A DNA stretch of 64,000 nt. Origin: an uncultured Acidobacteriaceae bacterium. GTDB lineage: Bacteria; Acidobacteriota; Terriglobia; Terriglobales; Acidobacteriaceae. Each line of letters starts with the position of its first letter. Position 1 is the first letter of the stretch. The position numbers were made by a program, and so were the translations under genes. Location: contig CAWAXV010000038.1 in assembly GCA_963786095.1 (NCBI GenBank), positions 32,982 to 96,981 on the forward strand, given 5' to 3'. The notes under the pieces were generated by a model. It ran no database searches. It was given only the letters and a program-made list of their open reading frames with translations, and was not told where the DNA came from. Below are positions 29,594-40,212 of this stretch, piece by piece.

Positions 29594-32500
29594 TCACCGT
29601 CTGCACTGATTCACTTGGACCGACGGCGCAGCTTCGGCGCGTGCCATGCGCGTGAAGTGGTATGCACAGCATCCGGTCAGGGAGCAGCAGCGCCTTCTGA
29701 AATCTCTGGTCCGCTTCTTGCTGATTGCCGAGTGCGCCCGCGAGCGCACCGGCGGTGTAGTCCCACCAACTGGTATAGCTGCTGGTGTCGCTACGACTCT
29801 TTGCTTGTGCGAGAGCGGTTTGCAGGCGCTCCTGCCATTGCTTCTCGTCAAAACCGGGTAGTTTCTGCGCTGCCCGCCAGGCCCACAACATCTGATCAGG
29901 AGCGGATGCCGCAGAAGCCAGTTGGAATTTCTTTGCCGCCTCCTCGGGCTTTGCGCAGCTGGCGTAAGCAGTGCCCAGCAGATAGTTCGTCCGCGCAGAT
30001 TGCAGAATGGGTTCGAGCCCGTCATGTGTAAATGGAAGATCGGGCACCGGCGCACCCAAGTGCTCTGCCAGATCGAGAGCATCCGCGCAATGACCGTCTC
30101 TTGCCGATGCGAGCATCTTTTGCAGTTCGACTTCAACCCAAACCTGGCGGACGTTGGTTCCTCCTTCTTCGCGTGGAAAGAATCGGTTATGGAACAGACT
30201 CTCGGCGCGTTGAAAATCGCCCGCCTCGGCCAGATTGAGGATCAGTTCGAAGATCAGACTGGAAGGCGCATCCGCGAGATTCGGATATTTCTCGAGAACT
30301 TGCACTCTTTCGCTGGCGGGTTTCGACAAGAGGCTGAGCGCCTGGTCCGCACCGAGGTAAATCGTGACGTTCGTAGCGTCGCTCCGCAGTCCGTCCCGAA
30401 AAGCAGAGAGGGCCTGCTCAGCGTCATGCTTCTCGTGCAGCAGAGCCAGACCCAGGCTCGCATCGAGGACGGGAATTTGCGGGTTCGACTTGCGGGCCAG
30501 CAACCACTCTTCAAGGGCCGAGTCCGTCAGCCCGCGGGAGAAATATAACGTGCCGAGCAGATAGTGCGCTGTAGCATCGTCGAGGGTTCTGTGCGCATGA
30601 CCGTACTCAGGACGGTGAGTTCTTCGGCCGAGCTCGGAAAAACGTACGAGGTCGAGAGTTTCGACGCGATCTTGTAGTCGGATAATCCCGATTGCCCGAG
30701 ACGCTCGCGGCAATATCCGCGGAAGTACGCGATCATCGGGTGTTTGCCGGGCGGCGAGCGCACCCAGTTCAGTCTGATCAGCTGGGACGATGGATAGTCC
30801 CGCGAGAGCACAGTCAGCGCCCGCTGGTACAGTCCGAGGCGCATGTATTGAGCGGCAAGATTCAGCACGCGATTTGCGTCATTCGCGAGCTGTTTGAGGT
30901 TGGGTTCGCCGAGTTCTTCGCTGAGAAGATAGCTCAGCGGAAAATGGGCGATTCCCTGACGCGCCAGCGTCTTCCCTTCTTCCACCTTGCCGGATGCAGC
31001 TTTTACCGCAACCAACTCCTCGATTGCACGCACATCGTCAGGTGCGGCTCGAACCGCTTCGCTGAGATGACGCTCGGCCTCATCCAGATCGCCGTCCCGC
31101 GCCAGCATCTCTCCGAGACGCAGAGCAGCGGCGGCGCGAAAGGAAGCAAATCGCTGGGCATCCTCATATGCAGTTCGCGCCTTCCGCGTTTCGCCCAGCC
31201 CATCGTATGCAATCCCAAGGTAGTACGAGATTTCCGGATCAGAAGTGTCGCGCGCGTGCACCTGCTCAAGGAAATTCTTCGCTTCGTCAAATCGCAGCAG
31301 GCTCGCGGTCAGTCGCCCGGCCGATTTCAAGGCCCCAAAGCTGCCGGGAAATCTGCGAAGCGTTTCCTCGTACGTATCGAGCGCCTGAAGATTTTTCCCG
31401 TTCAGCTCAAGGTCTTTCCCGAGCTGAATCCAGTCATCGCAGGTTCTCTGGTCTGGGTCGGGTATGACGGTAGGAAGGCTGAGGGCCAACCTGAATTTCA
31501 GACTCCGGAGTCCAGTCATATTCGCCTTCAGTCTGGCGGATGAGGACGCGCTCCAGCGCGTCCCGAATCTCGACGGTGTACTTAGTCTGCGCGTCGAGGA
31601 CGGGAAGTTCGTGAGTCCAGGCACGTTCGGGAACGAGATCAACTTTCTCGCTGAATAAGCGGCTGCTACCGTTCAAGATCGAAACCGTAGCCTTAGAAAA
31701 AGCACGATTCGCGTTGAATCCGGCAATCAACGCATTGCCGTGGCGCGCAAGACTGAGCACTCCTGAAAGATTGGCGCGCGAGATGCCGCCAATCTCCCGA
31801 ACCGGCATCCAGTACTCCGAGAAGTGGATGCGACTGCCGCGGTTGCATGAAGGCATACGTCTCCTGATTGCGAAACAAGCCAGCCTGGATTTCGATGTAT
31901 CCGCTGTTGTCGTCGGAGAGGGCCTTGCGCCAGTCCAGGCCCTCCTCGTCCACGCCCCACGACCAGATTTTCTTGGCGGGCAGCTCCTCGTATTCGGCAA
32001 AGTGCACCGTACCGGTTTTGGTTGCGGGATTCCAAACTCCCATAAATTCCTCACGGCTTCCGTGTGTAAACAGTGATACCGGGCCGTGAACATGATTGCG
32101 AATGATGCTTAAGTCGTGCCCGTCCTCATCGACGGGCCAGCGAACGACTTCGGTGAAGCCGTGACTCGCGGCGAAGCGCATCGGGTAGACAATCTGCGAA
32201 TCGTCCGAAACTCGCGCCGCTGCATTGTTCCACCAGTAGAAACGATGCCGAACGTCGCTGCGGTTGCTGAGCGTCACACGCTCCTCCAAGAGCGTGGACT
32301 TGGGCCGAAGCATCAACTCGACGGTCCACTCCATTCCGTAAACGCGATCGACGTTGCCCACGATCACAGAGGCACTGCCATCCGCGTTTTTATGGAAGGC
32401 AAAATCGACCGGCGACATACTCACCCAGTTGTGGGAAACAGGAAAGTTGAACTCGATGCCGAATGCCGCCCAGGCCCCACGATAGCCCACAGCCGCCTTC

Positions 32501-32838
32501 TTGATAGAGGTGTTGGCGTAGAACATCGACTGCCCCGAGATTTTGTCGATGCAGGTGTAAAGATGCCCGCCAATGTCAGGCAGCACCGAGCATTTCAGGT
32601 ATTCATTTTCCAGATAAATGGCGCGCCAGTCGTGATTTGCGCGGCGGCTCGTCAGGTTTTCCCGCAGGACATATGGATAGTTGAACTTGTTGTTCGTGAA
32701 CTGGTCGAACGGAGGATTCGGATCGGGCATCCCCTCTTCGTAAGTGGGCAGAGTGAGCGTTCCTTCCCACACGCGCACTTGCGCCTGCGACAGCGTTGCC
32801 AAGGTCAGGACGACAAAGAGATTGAGATAGCGTCGCAT
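29594..32838 (-). pseudogene. Secreted DUF5107 domain + TPR-repeat protein (~1080 aa), ~4 frame changes
   Basis: The N-terminus is MRRYLNLFVVLTLATLSQAQVRVWEGTLTLPTYEEGMPDPNPPF...YLENEYLKCSVLPDIGGHLY...GIEFNFPVSH (DUF5107 pattern). A long TPR region runs through ORFs 31434-32093, 30527-31642 and 29505-30713. The 3' end is uncertain (29594 or 29505). Confidence 0.7.
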
Positions 32839-34037
32839 CTAAATTCGCAATATCCGGGCGGAGTTCTCGTAGTACACCTTTTTGAGGATCGTCTCCGGCA
32901 GTCCAATCCCATAAATTCTCCAGCGCCCCTGCGGCGGGATTTTCGCTGGAGCGTAGTCGAAGTATTCGTCTTCGGTTTCGAGAAAACGAAAATAGATCTC
33001 ATACAGCTTGTCATTGAAGACCTGTTGCGGATACTCGTCCCCATGCGGCGTGGCATCGGTGCCGAACAGAATCCGGTCCTGATATTTCTCGAAGAACCTG
33101 CGCGCGGTTCTCGGCTGTCGTCCAAGTTCTCCGATGCGCGCCGCGAGGTCAACGAACATGTTCGGATAGCGGTCCAGATTTTCCGACACGTTTTGCAGAT
33201 CTTCCGCGAAGTTGCCTACGTGCAAGACAACGAACTGCGTCTTGGGGTGTCGCGCAATGACCCGATTGCGAGCGGCGATCAACTCTTCATTACTGGGAAA
33301 ATCCCCACCGTGGAACGACCAGTCTGGATGATTGTTCAGTTCCTCGTAGCGCTCGTTGAAGCGATCCGTCGGGGTGAAGAATGCGATCGGATCCGAAATA
33401 TGAATCGCTACCGGAAGATTAAGCTGGCCGCAGGCGTCCCACATGGGATCGAAACGAGCATCATCAATTTTTACCAGCGAGCCCGAGGTGATGTTTTCAC
33501 GGAGATAGAGTCCCAACGTCTTGAGAATCTTCAGGCCTCGCGCCGCCGTCGCGATGCGCGCGCTCGATGGCCTGTGCCTGCAGCTTCGGGTAATCCGGTT
33601 CCTTGAAGCGGGAATAGGAGGGCTCGGTGAAAGTGTAAAAGCGGCCGGGATACGCACGGTCGTATCTCGCTACCGCTTCGGCAAGGCCCTGATCGTAGCC
33701 ACCAGTCAGGTTGACCATCGCCCGAATGTTCTTGCGGTCCATCACCGCCAGCAATTCTTGGGGAGTTCCCAGGTACTCACGATCTGGAGAGAGTTCCACA
33801 CCTTTCTCCGATTTTGTCGAGACCGGAGATATGCGTGTGAAAGTCGATCAGCGGAAATCTCGAACGTTCGACGCGGGACTCGTGCACCTGGAGCATACTT
33901 CTGGGCTCGTACTGCGAAAGCTCCAAGGGCGCGGGATGCGCTTCGTTCCCGGTCGTAACACCGGCAGCCCTGCCCACATGCATTCCAGAGCCTGCCACCA
34001 GACCCATTCCATACAGCCATTGGCGCCGATTGATCAC
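32839..34037 (-). pseudogene. Tat-signal metal-dependent amidohydrolase (Amidohydro_2-like TIM barrel), 2 frame changes
   Basis: MINRRQWLYGMGLVAGSG, then FPLIDFHTHIS, and later VAIHISDP...FGTDATP. The three pieces are ORFs 33777-34037, 33497-33799 and 32839-33657. Confidence 0.75.
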
Positions 34038-36311
34038 CTAGCTCCTCCGGCTATTGCCCAGGGTCGAGCACAGGCGTGGCGATGTCCACGGTCCCGCTGC
34101 TTCCCGTTGACCGCACCATGCCACACGCTCCCGCCGAATGTTGTGATGTAGACCTCGTCGTGGTGCAGCGGATCGGGAATGACACGTTGCCCCCACTTGA
34201 AGTTAAATCCGGGAATACGGGTCCAGTGCAGCCCGCGGTCTGCCGATCGCCAGGCCGACGATTCAAAGCCGGCCGCGTAGATCACCTTGGGGTCTTGCGG
34301 GATCAATGGTGACGTCGTAAATGTGGCGATCCTTGTCGAGCACCTGCTTCCAACTCTTGCCGCCATTCTCCGAGAGAAAGATCCCTCCGCCGTCTCCGTG
34401 TTCTCCGGTCGCTCGAGCCCAGGCGGCGAGGTAAAGACGATCTGGCGACTCAGGATCGATGGCGAGGCCATTCGGTCCGTTCGTTCCCTCAGGCAACGAA
34501 ACGGGCTGCCAGTGCTCCGCTCCGTCGGTCGACCGGTACAGGGCACCGTCGCCGGCATTGCCGATGCTTCCATCCTCCGACCGTCGCGCGATCACGACAT
34601 AGAGCGTGCCATTCGAAGCTCGCGCCAGCCGCCACGCGAACGGCTGTTCTTGCGTGATCCCATTGTTCTTCAGCGCCCAGGTGCGCCCGCCGTCTGAACT
34701 CTTGTAGACTCCGCGGCCAAAACCGGCTACGTACAACACGCGTGCATCCACTGGGCTGGTGGGATCGAGCAGGATATGGGTCGCGCCTGTCTCGTCCATC
34801 CCGGTGTTCGACTTGGTCCAGTTCTTGCCGCCGTCATCGCTGCGGCAAACGCCACCTTTGTAATGTCAGCACTGAGTTGTGCCGCCACATCTTCGGGCGA
34901 GGAAGATCATGAGTGTAGCTATTGACGCTCCACATCCGCCCACGCACCTTGGGGTCGAAGACGATCCAATAGGTTGTGTTCATCCACTCGCGGGGCACTC
35001 CAGCCGTCGAACTCGTCCAGGAGACGCCACCGTCTTCGCTGCGGAAGAGTCCGATATCGGTGTAAGTAATGAACTGGCGCTTTGGATCGAACGGATCGAA
35101 ATGAATTCCGTAGCTGGTGGTGACGTCGAGACCCGAGGCTGGTCCAGCCCGCAGTCATCGACTTTGCGCGAATACTGCGGCCACCCAGGTAGCGCCACCG
35201 TCGTCGGTCCGCATCGTTCTTCCGAGGTCGGTACCGTAAGCGAGGTTGGCGTCCTGTTGAGCTACCGTAAGATTCAGAGGATTTTCCGCCCAGTCTGGCC
35301 CGAAGCGCGCGGTGATCCAATCGTCATTCACGTTCTTTGCCGCGACATCGGATTCCTTCCATACCAACTGCCAGTCAGCGCCGGAGTTGGTGGTCTTGGC
35401 CACGCCCATCCAGACCTTTCCATCAAGCGTCAGATGATCGTAGGAGACATATGCCGTCTCCGGATGCTGCAGGCTGGTCGCGATCGCGCGCACTTTCGCT
35501 CCCGTGCCGGGCAGGTCGCTCTTGCGCCAGTTCGCGCCTCCATCTTTCGAAACGAAGATTCCTTGCTCCGAAGTGGCATAGATGATTGGCTGCGGGCCCG
35601 AACCAAAGCCCAGCGAAATGTCACTGACAGTCGCGGGAAGCGGGAGACTGCGCACTCCGCCGTGACTGATCACCGCGATCGCGTGTTCGCTTGCCAGAAA
35701 CAACGTGCGGCCATCGGGCGCGGAATGCGGGTCCACCCAAAGCCGGCGCGGAACATCGGGCAGGCTCACTTGTTTTTGCCAAGTCTTTCCGTAGTCGCGC
35801 GAAACAAAGAGCGCGGGACTCTCCTTGGTCCCAGCCGCGGCGTAAAGAATCTGTGAGTTGGAAGGATCGACCGCCAGGGCTGCGATCGTCGCTCAATGGA
35901 TCCGGATCGGCAAGAATCTGTTCGTCGGAGTGATCCGAATTCATCTTGACGCCCTTGACGGCGGACGGATTCGGATAGACCAGATTCCCACCGTTCGCCG
36001 CCATCCGTGCTGCGCCACAATCCCGTCGCGTGGGCGTACATCGTCTTCGGATCGAGCGGGTCGAAGACAAAGAAATTCACCACGCCGCGCAGGTTGAACA
36101 TGCGCCAGGTACGTCCCCCATCGTGGGTGATGTACGAGCCGGTCATGTCGCAGGAGACCAGCACGGTATTCGGATCGTGCGGACTGATGGTGGGATTGAA
36201 CATGGCCCCGCCGCCACCCGGACCGATCACGCGAAAATCTCCCGGCCGCTCGGCCGCGGCGCTGACCAAGCTCAAAACCAAGACGACGCCGATGACTAGT
36301 CTGAACTTCAT
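34034..36311 (-). pseudogene. Secreted BNR/Asp-box repeat (sialidase/xyloglucanase-like beta-propeller) protein, >=4 frame changes plus one in-frame TGA
   Basis: Signal peptide MKFRLVIGVVLVLSLVSAAA. Repeated S.DGG.TW boxes are present (THDGGRTW, STDGGERW, SKDGGANW, TDDGGATW, SEDGGVSW, SDDGGKNW, SSDGGRTW, STDGAEHW, SENGGKSW). The pieces are spread over ORFs 35766-36311, 35621-36070, 35155-35769, 34263-34799 and 34034-34573 plus untracked frames. Confidence 0.75.
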
Positions 36312-36386
36312 GGATTCTCCGGACAGACTGCCTGCCGGCGCCGTTGTTCGCAGCGGGCAGTCCTTCTGCAGTCGACTCCTTGCAAC

Positions 36387-39300
36387 CTAGAACGTGATCC
36401 TAAGCCGCAACCGGATCGTCCGACGGCTATCGACGCCTTCCTGTGGAAAGGTAGAGAACAAACGAGCAAAGTCCGAGTTTGTGTTTAGGCATAGCACACC
36501 GACGTCATTACCGCAGTCAGCACCAGTTTGAAGCGCCGGCTGCAGCGTGACTGGATCTATCTTTATGTTGAAGCCCCCGAGATAAGAAAAGCTGTTATCT
36601 CCGAAATCCTGGTTCGGCATTCGAATCGGGTGATTGAAGATGTTATCGAAGTCAGCGCCGATGTTGGCGTTAACTCGCTCACCGAATTTGAAATCCTTTT
36701 GCAAACCGAAATTGAGTCCCCAGCCTCCGGGCCCCCATAACAGGTTCTTCCGTGCAATGGAGCTGTTCGTAAAAACATCCGCTCCCATGGGCGGAGGTGC
36801 GAAGGCATTGGGATTGAAGACTTGGTCAGCGACGTGCTGCTTGTAGTTCCCGACGATCGCCGGCCTATAACCAATGAAATCGTTGAAATCGCCGAGGGCG
36901 TCAATTGATTCGGAAGCGATGTTACCCGGACCCACCATGCGTGCACTGTTGCCGCAGTTGTCACAGGTCCAGTAAGGCGTAAATGCTGTACCACTCTTGG
37001 CAAACATCTGGAACGTCGTCCGCCAACCTCCGACTATCGCGTCCGCCCACTTCGACATTCCGTGGCCATAACTCCGGCTGCGTCCAACTGGCAGATCGTA
37101 CATGCCATAGAAAACGAACCGGTGGTGTGAGATCCAAGCGTCTTCGGTGTAATCAAGATGTGGCTGAAACGGATCGTAAGGAACGCCGCCGAGACTGGAA
37201 TTGCCCTGGTCGATACCTGTCGACTTCTGGTCGAGATAGGTGTAAGACGCATTGAACATCAGGCCCTTATCAAACCGTCGTTCGACCTGCGTCTGGAAGG
37301 AGTTGGATCGGCTGTACCCATAGTTCCCATAAGTCAGAAGGTAATCGCCCAACGTGGGATACGCTAAACGGGCGTAGTCGGCGGCGGTCGGGAGGCAGTC
37401 TCCATCATCGGGAGAGCACGCGGTAACTCCATCCCCGGTCGTAGTGCCCCATGGATTGTCGCTGGGTGCGATTTCATTGAGGTCAATGCCTCCAATCAGC
37501 CCCCCCGAATGAATCCCAATGTAGGAAAATCGCACCGATGTCTTGAGACCTAGTTGACGCTCAAAGGTACCGTTGTACTGCTGGACGAGAGGTGCGTGCA
37601 GCCCAACGGGCACGGCATTTACCGAGAACGCGCTGGAATCGAGCACGACATCGCCGCCCGTCATTGGGGTGGGCCATGGTTGTATCGGTTGATTCACGGT
37701 GCCGTTCGCCTTTGTCAATGCCTGGTTGAATCCGTTCGTGGAAATGGGATCCCGAATTCCCTGTGCGGCCGATGTCGGGAAGTAGATTCCGTAGCCTCCG
37801 CGTATGACCGATTTGGATCCGATGCCCCAGGCAAACCCGATGCGAGGAGCGAAATTGTTTTTGTCGGTCCGGACCAGACCTCGGCCGACGCCAAGTCCTG
37901 ACTGTGCTGCGGTGACTGTGGGTAGAGTCGCGGAAATTCTCGGGTCCAGATAGGAGAGAGTTCCTGTAGAAGGCACGATGAACCGTCCGGTGTTGTTGTT
38001 GAACGTAGGATCGAAGTTCAGCAGGATGTCATGCTTGTCGACCCATGGCGAGACCAGTTCATAGCGGACACCGAGGTTCACGGTCAGGTTGGATTTGACC
38101 TTCCAATCATCCTGGAAGAAGTACCCCTGCTCCCAGTTGGTTACGTCCATATCGGGGCGGGTTTTGGCAATGTAAGTGACCTTGGAGGGCGGTAAGCCGA
38201 GCAGGAAATTGGCGAAGGCGCTCGTGCTGCTGCCCGAGTACGTCATCGTTCCCCGTGGATTGCCGCGCCCCGTTGAAAAACCATCGAGACCCTCGTTGTG
38301 CACAAAATCAGCACCCATTTTCAGGTTGTGATTCCTGACGACCCAGGTCAGGGTATCTCCGAACGTCGCCAGGTATTGACTCTCCTGACGATCCGTATTC
38401 CGGTCGCCGCTCCGATCGAATGACGTATAGGAGGAACCATACGTGATCACAGTATGCCCGTGCGTGAGAAGCTCTCCAGGGCCCACCACTGCGCCATACG
38501 CATCGATCGCATTCTGGTCGAAGCCGATGCTCGACAGAAAACTCTGCAAAGTTGTGTTGCTGTGCCGGTAAATAAATTCGCGATTGAAGCCGCCCCGTGC
38601 TTCATTGACGATGTTGTTGCGAATGGTCCGCACGTATGAACCCGATAGGGTACGGGTTCGCCGTTCCTGCTGGGTCAGGCCGAGTCCGGTAAATGGCGAT
38701 CTGACGGCCGCGTTCCCACCACTGAACGCCTGCGCGTTATACACGCCGTAGACGTGATCTCTGTCCGAGAAATCGTGGTCGATGCGAAGGGTTCCCAGGT
38801 CCCGTGTCGTGTTGCTTGGCATCAGGGTTTGGAACAAGTCTCCTATCCGACCGTTCGCTGTATTGATCGCGATCGATGGATCGATCTTGGGAAAATACGT
38901 AGTGATGAGTTGCTGGACATTCGGGTTCAAAAGCTCAGAGGGGATTGTGACGAACTGCGCGCCGGTTCCTGTGCAGTTTGGCCAGCCCACACAATAGGTG
39001 TCAGCTGCAATCTCCGCCGGCGTCAGGGTCACGCCTGCCGGAACGGCAGGAAGGTGCGGCTGAGTGGCAAGCGTATTGTCAACAATCAGCTTGGAGAAAT
39101 CTCCCGTCCAAAACGAGGGATGCGGCAATTTGCTATCTGTTATCTGTACCGAATCCCTGTCGTAGTTACGCTCGTAGGCCATGAAGAACCAAGTCCTCTT
39201 CAGACCAGGGATGGGGCCGCCAAAAGAACCGCCGACGTCGTTAAGGTTGAAGTAAGGAGAAGGATAAGGGTACAAAGAACCCTGGGCATCGCGTATCCCC

Positions 39301-40094
39301 TGTTGATCCTGAATGGTGAGGCCGGCAAGAGCGGAGTTCTTGTTGTTATAAAAGGCCGAGCCATGGAACTGGTTCGAGCCGCGCTTGGTGGTCACGCGAA
39401 TGCTCGAAATACCGGCATATTCCGCGCTGAAATCATTGGACAGCACATTCAGTTCGCCGACTGCCTCGAGCGAGGGCTCACTGGCGGAGGCGGATCCATC
39501 AAGCGTGCTCGTGGAGCGCTGTCCGTCGATGGTGAAGTTCGCGCCATAACTCTGGAATCCAAGAAACTTGAATGTGCCGTCGCCGGTGCTCTGCGTGATA
39601 TTCGGGTTCAGGTACAGAAACGAATAAACATCCCGGCTATCGCGCGGCAGATCGATAACTTCGCGGCTGGTGATCGTATCGGCAATCGTCTGATCGGCGG
39701 TGTTGATCGTGGGCGCTTCGCTCGTCACCACTACGTTCTCGCTCGCGGCCGAAACTTTAAGAACGGCGTTGGCATTGACAGTGTCGCTGCCAGTTAAGAC
39801 GATGCCCGTGATGTCACGGGCTGTCATGCCAGGAGCGGTGATTGTCACCTTGTACGTGCCTGACGGAAGTCCAAACATCTGATATTCGCCGTTGGGGTTC
39901 GTTTCGGCGTGACGGAGCGTGTTCGTGGCTAGATCCGCGATGGTCACGCTTGCTTTGGCGACGACTGCGCCGCTGGGGTCGGTGACCGTTCCCCGAATAG
40001 TACCGAGATCTGTGCCTTGCGCCAGCATCAACTGCGCGCATCCAACGCTGATCGCGAGCGCCAACGGAACAACCAGATATTTTGCGAAGTTCAT
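36387..40094 (-). CDS. TonB-dependent receptor (Oar-like, carboxypeptidase-regulatory N-domain), 1235 aa, intact
   Basis: The ATG at 40094 is preceded by AGGAG and gives MNFAKYLVVPLALAISVGCAQLMLAQ, then GTIRGTVTDPSGAVVAKASVTI...NPNGEYQMFGLPSGTYKVTITAPGM. The C-terminus ends in an aromatic residue (...RLRLRITF). The track ORF extends to 40265, but that extension overlaps the upstream gene. Confidence 0.9.
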   Translation of the reverse strand: MNFAKYLVVPLALAISVGCAQLMLAQGTDLGTIRGTVTDPSGAVVAKASVTIADLATNTLRHAETNPNGEYQMFGLPSGTYKVTITAPGMTARDITGIVLTGSDTVNANAVLKVSAASENVVVTSEAPTINTADQTIADTITSREVIDLPRDSRDVYSFLYLNPNITQSTGDGTFKFLGFQSYGANFTIDGQRSTSTLDGSASASEPSLEAVGELNVLSNDFSAEYAGISSIRVTTKRGSNQFHGSAFYNNKNSALAGLTIQDQQGIRDAQGSLYPYPSPYFNLNDVGGSFGGPIPGLKRTWFFMAYERNYDRDSVQITDSKLPHPSFWTGDFSKLIVDNTLATQPHLPAVPAGVTLTPAEIAADTYCVGWPNCTGTGAQFVTIPSELLNPNVQQLITTYFPKIDPSIAINTANGRIGDLFQTLMPSNTTRDLGTLRIDHDFSDRDHVYGVYNAQAFSGGNAAVRSPFTGLGLTQQERRTRTLSGSYVRTIRNNIVNEARGGFNREFIYRHSNTTLQSFLSSIGFDQNAIDAYGAVVGPGELLTHGHTVITYGSSYTSFDRSGDRNTDRQESQYLATFGDTLTWVVRNHNLKMGADFVHNEGLDGFSTGRGNPRGTMTYSGSSTSAFANFLLGLPPSKVTYIAKTRPDMDVTNWEQGYFFQDDWKVKSNLTVNLGVRYELVSPWVDKHDILLNFDPTFNNNTGRFIVPSTGTLSYLDPRISATLPTVTAAQSGLGVGRGLVRTDKNNFAPRIGFAWGIGSKSVIRGGYGIYFPTSAAQGIRDPISTNGFNQALTKANGTVNQPIQPWPTPMTGGDVVLDSSAFSVNAVPVGLHAPLVQQYNGTFERQLGLKTSVRFSYIGIHSGGLIGGIDLNEIAPSDNPWGTTTGDGVTACSPDDGDCLPTAADYARLAYPTLGDYLLTYGNYGYSRSNSFQTQVERRFDKGLMFNASYTYLDQKSTGIDQGNSSLGGVPYDPFQPHLDYTEDAWISHHRFVFYGMYDLPVGRSRSYGHGMSKWADAIVGGWRTTFQMFAKSGTAFTPYWTCDNCGNSARMVGPGNIASESIDALGDFNDFIGYRPAIVGNYKQHVADQVFNPNAFAPPPMGADVFTNSSIARKNLLWGPGGWGLNFGLQKDFKFGERVNANIGADFDNIFNHPIRMPNQDFGDNSFSYLGGFNIKIDPVTLQPALQTGADCGNDVGVLCLNTNSDFARLFSTFPQEGVDSRRTIRLRLRITF

Positions 40095-40177
40095 GATGGG
40101 GACTCCTAAACTTGGGAGGCTTTCAAACACCAGCTCTTTTAAACTAAAACAGCAAGTGAAAGCAAGAAATAAATAAA

Positions 40178-40195
40178 TTATCGAAAGTATTCGAT
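40178..40195. promoter_or_regulatory. Palindrome TATCGAA-AGTA-TTCGATA in the AT-rich region upstream of the TonB receptor gene (candidate operator)
   Basis: 7-bp arms with a 4-bp spacer, 84-101 nt upstream of the ATG at 40094. On the minus strand it is followed by TTGCTT-17 nt-TTAAAA, which is promoter-like. Confidence 0.3.
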
Positions 40196-40212
40196 AGCCT
40201 TCGCAATCCACC

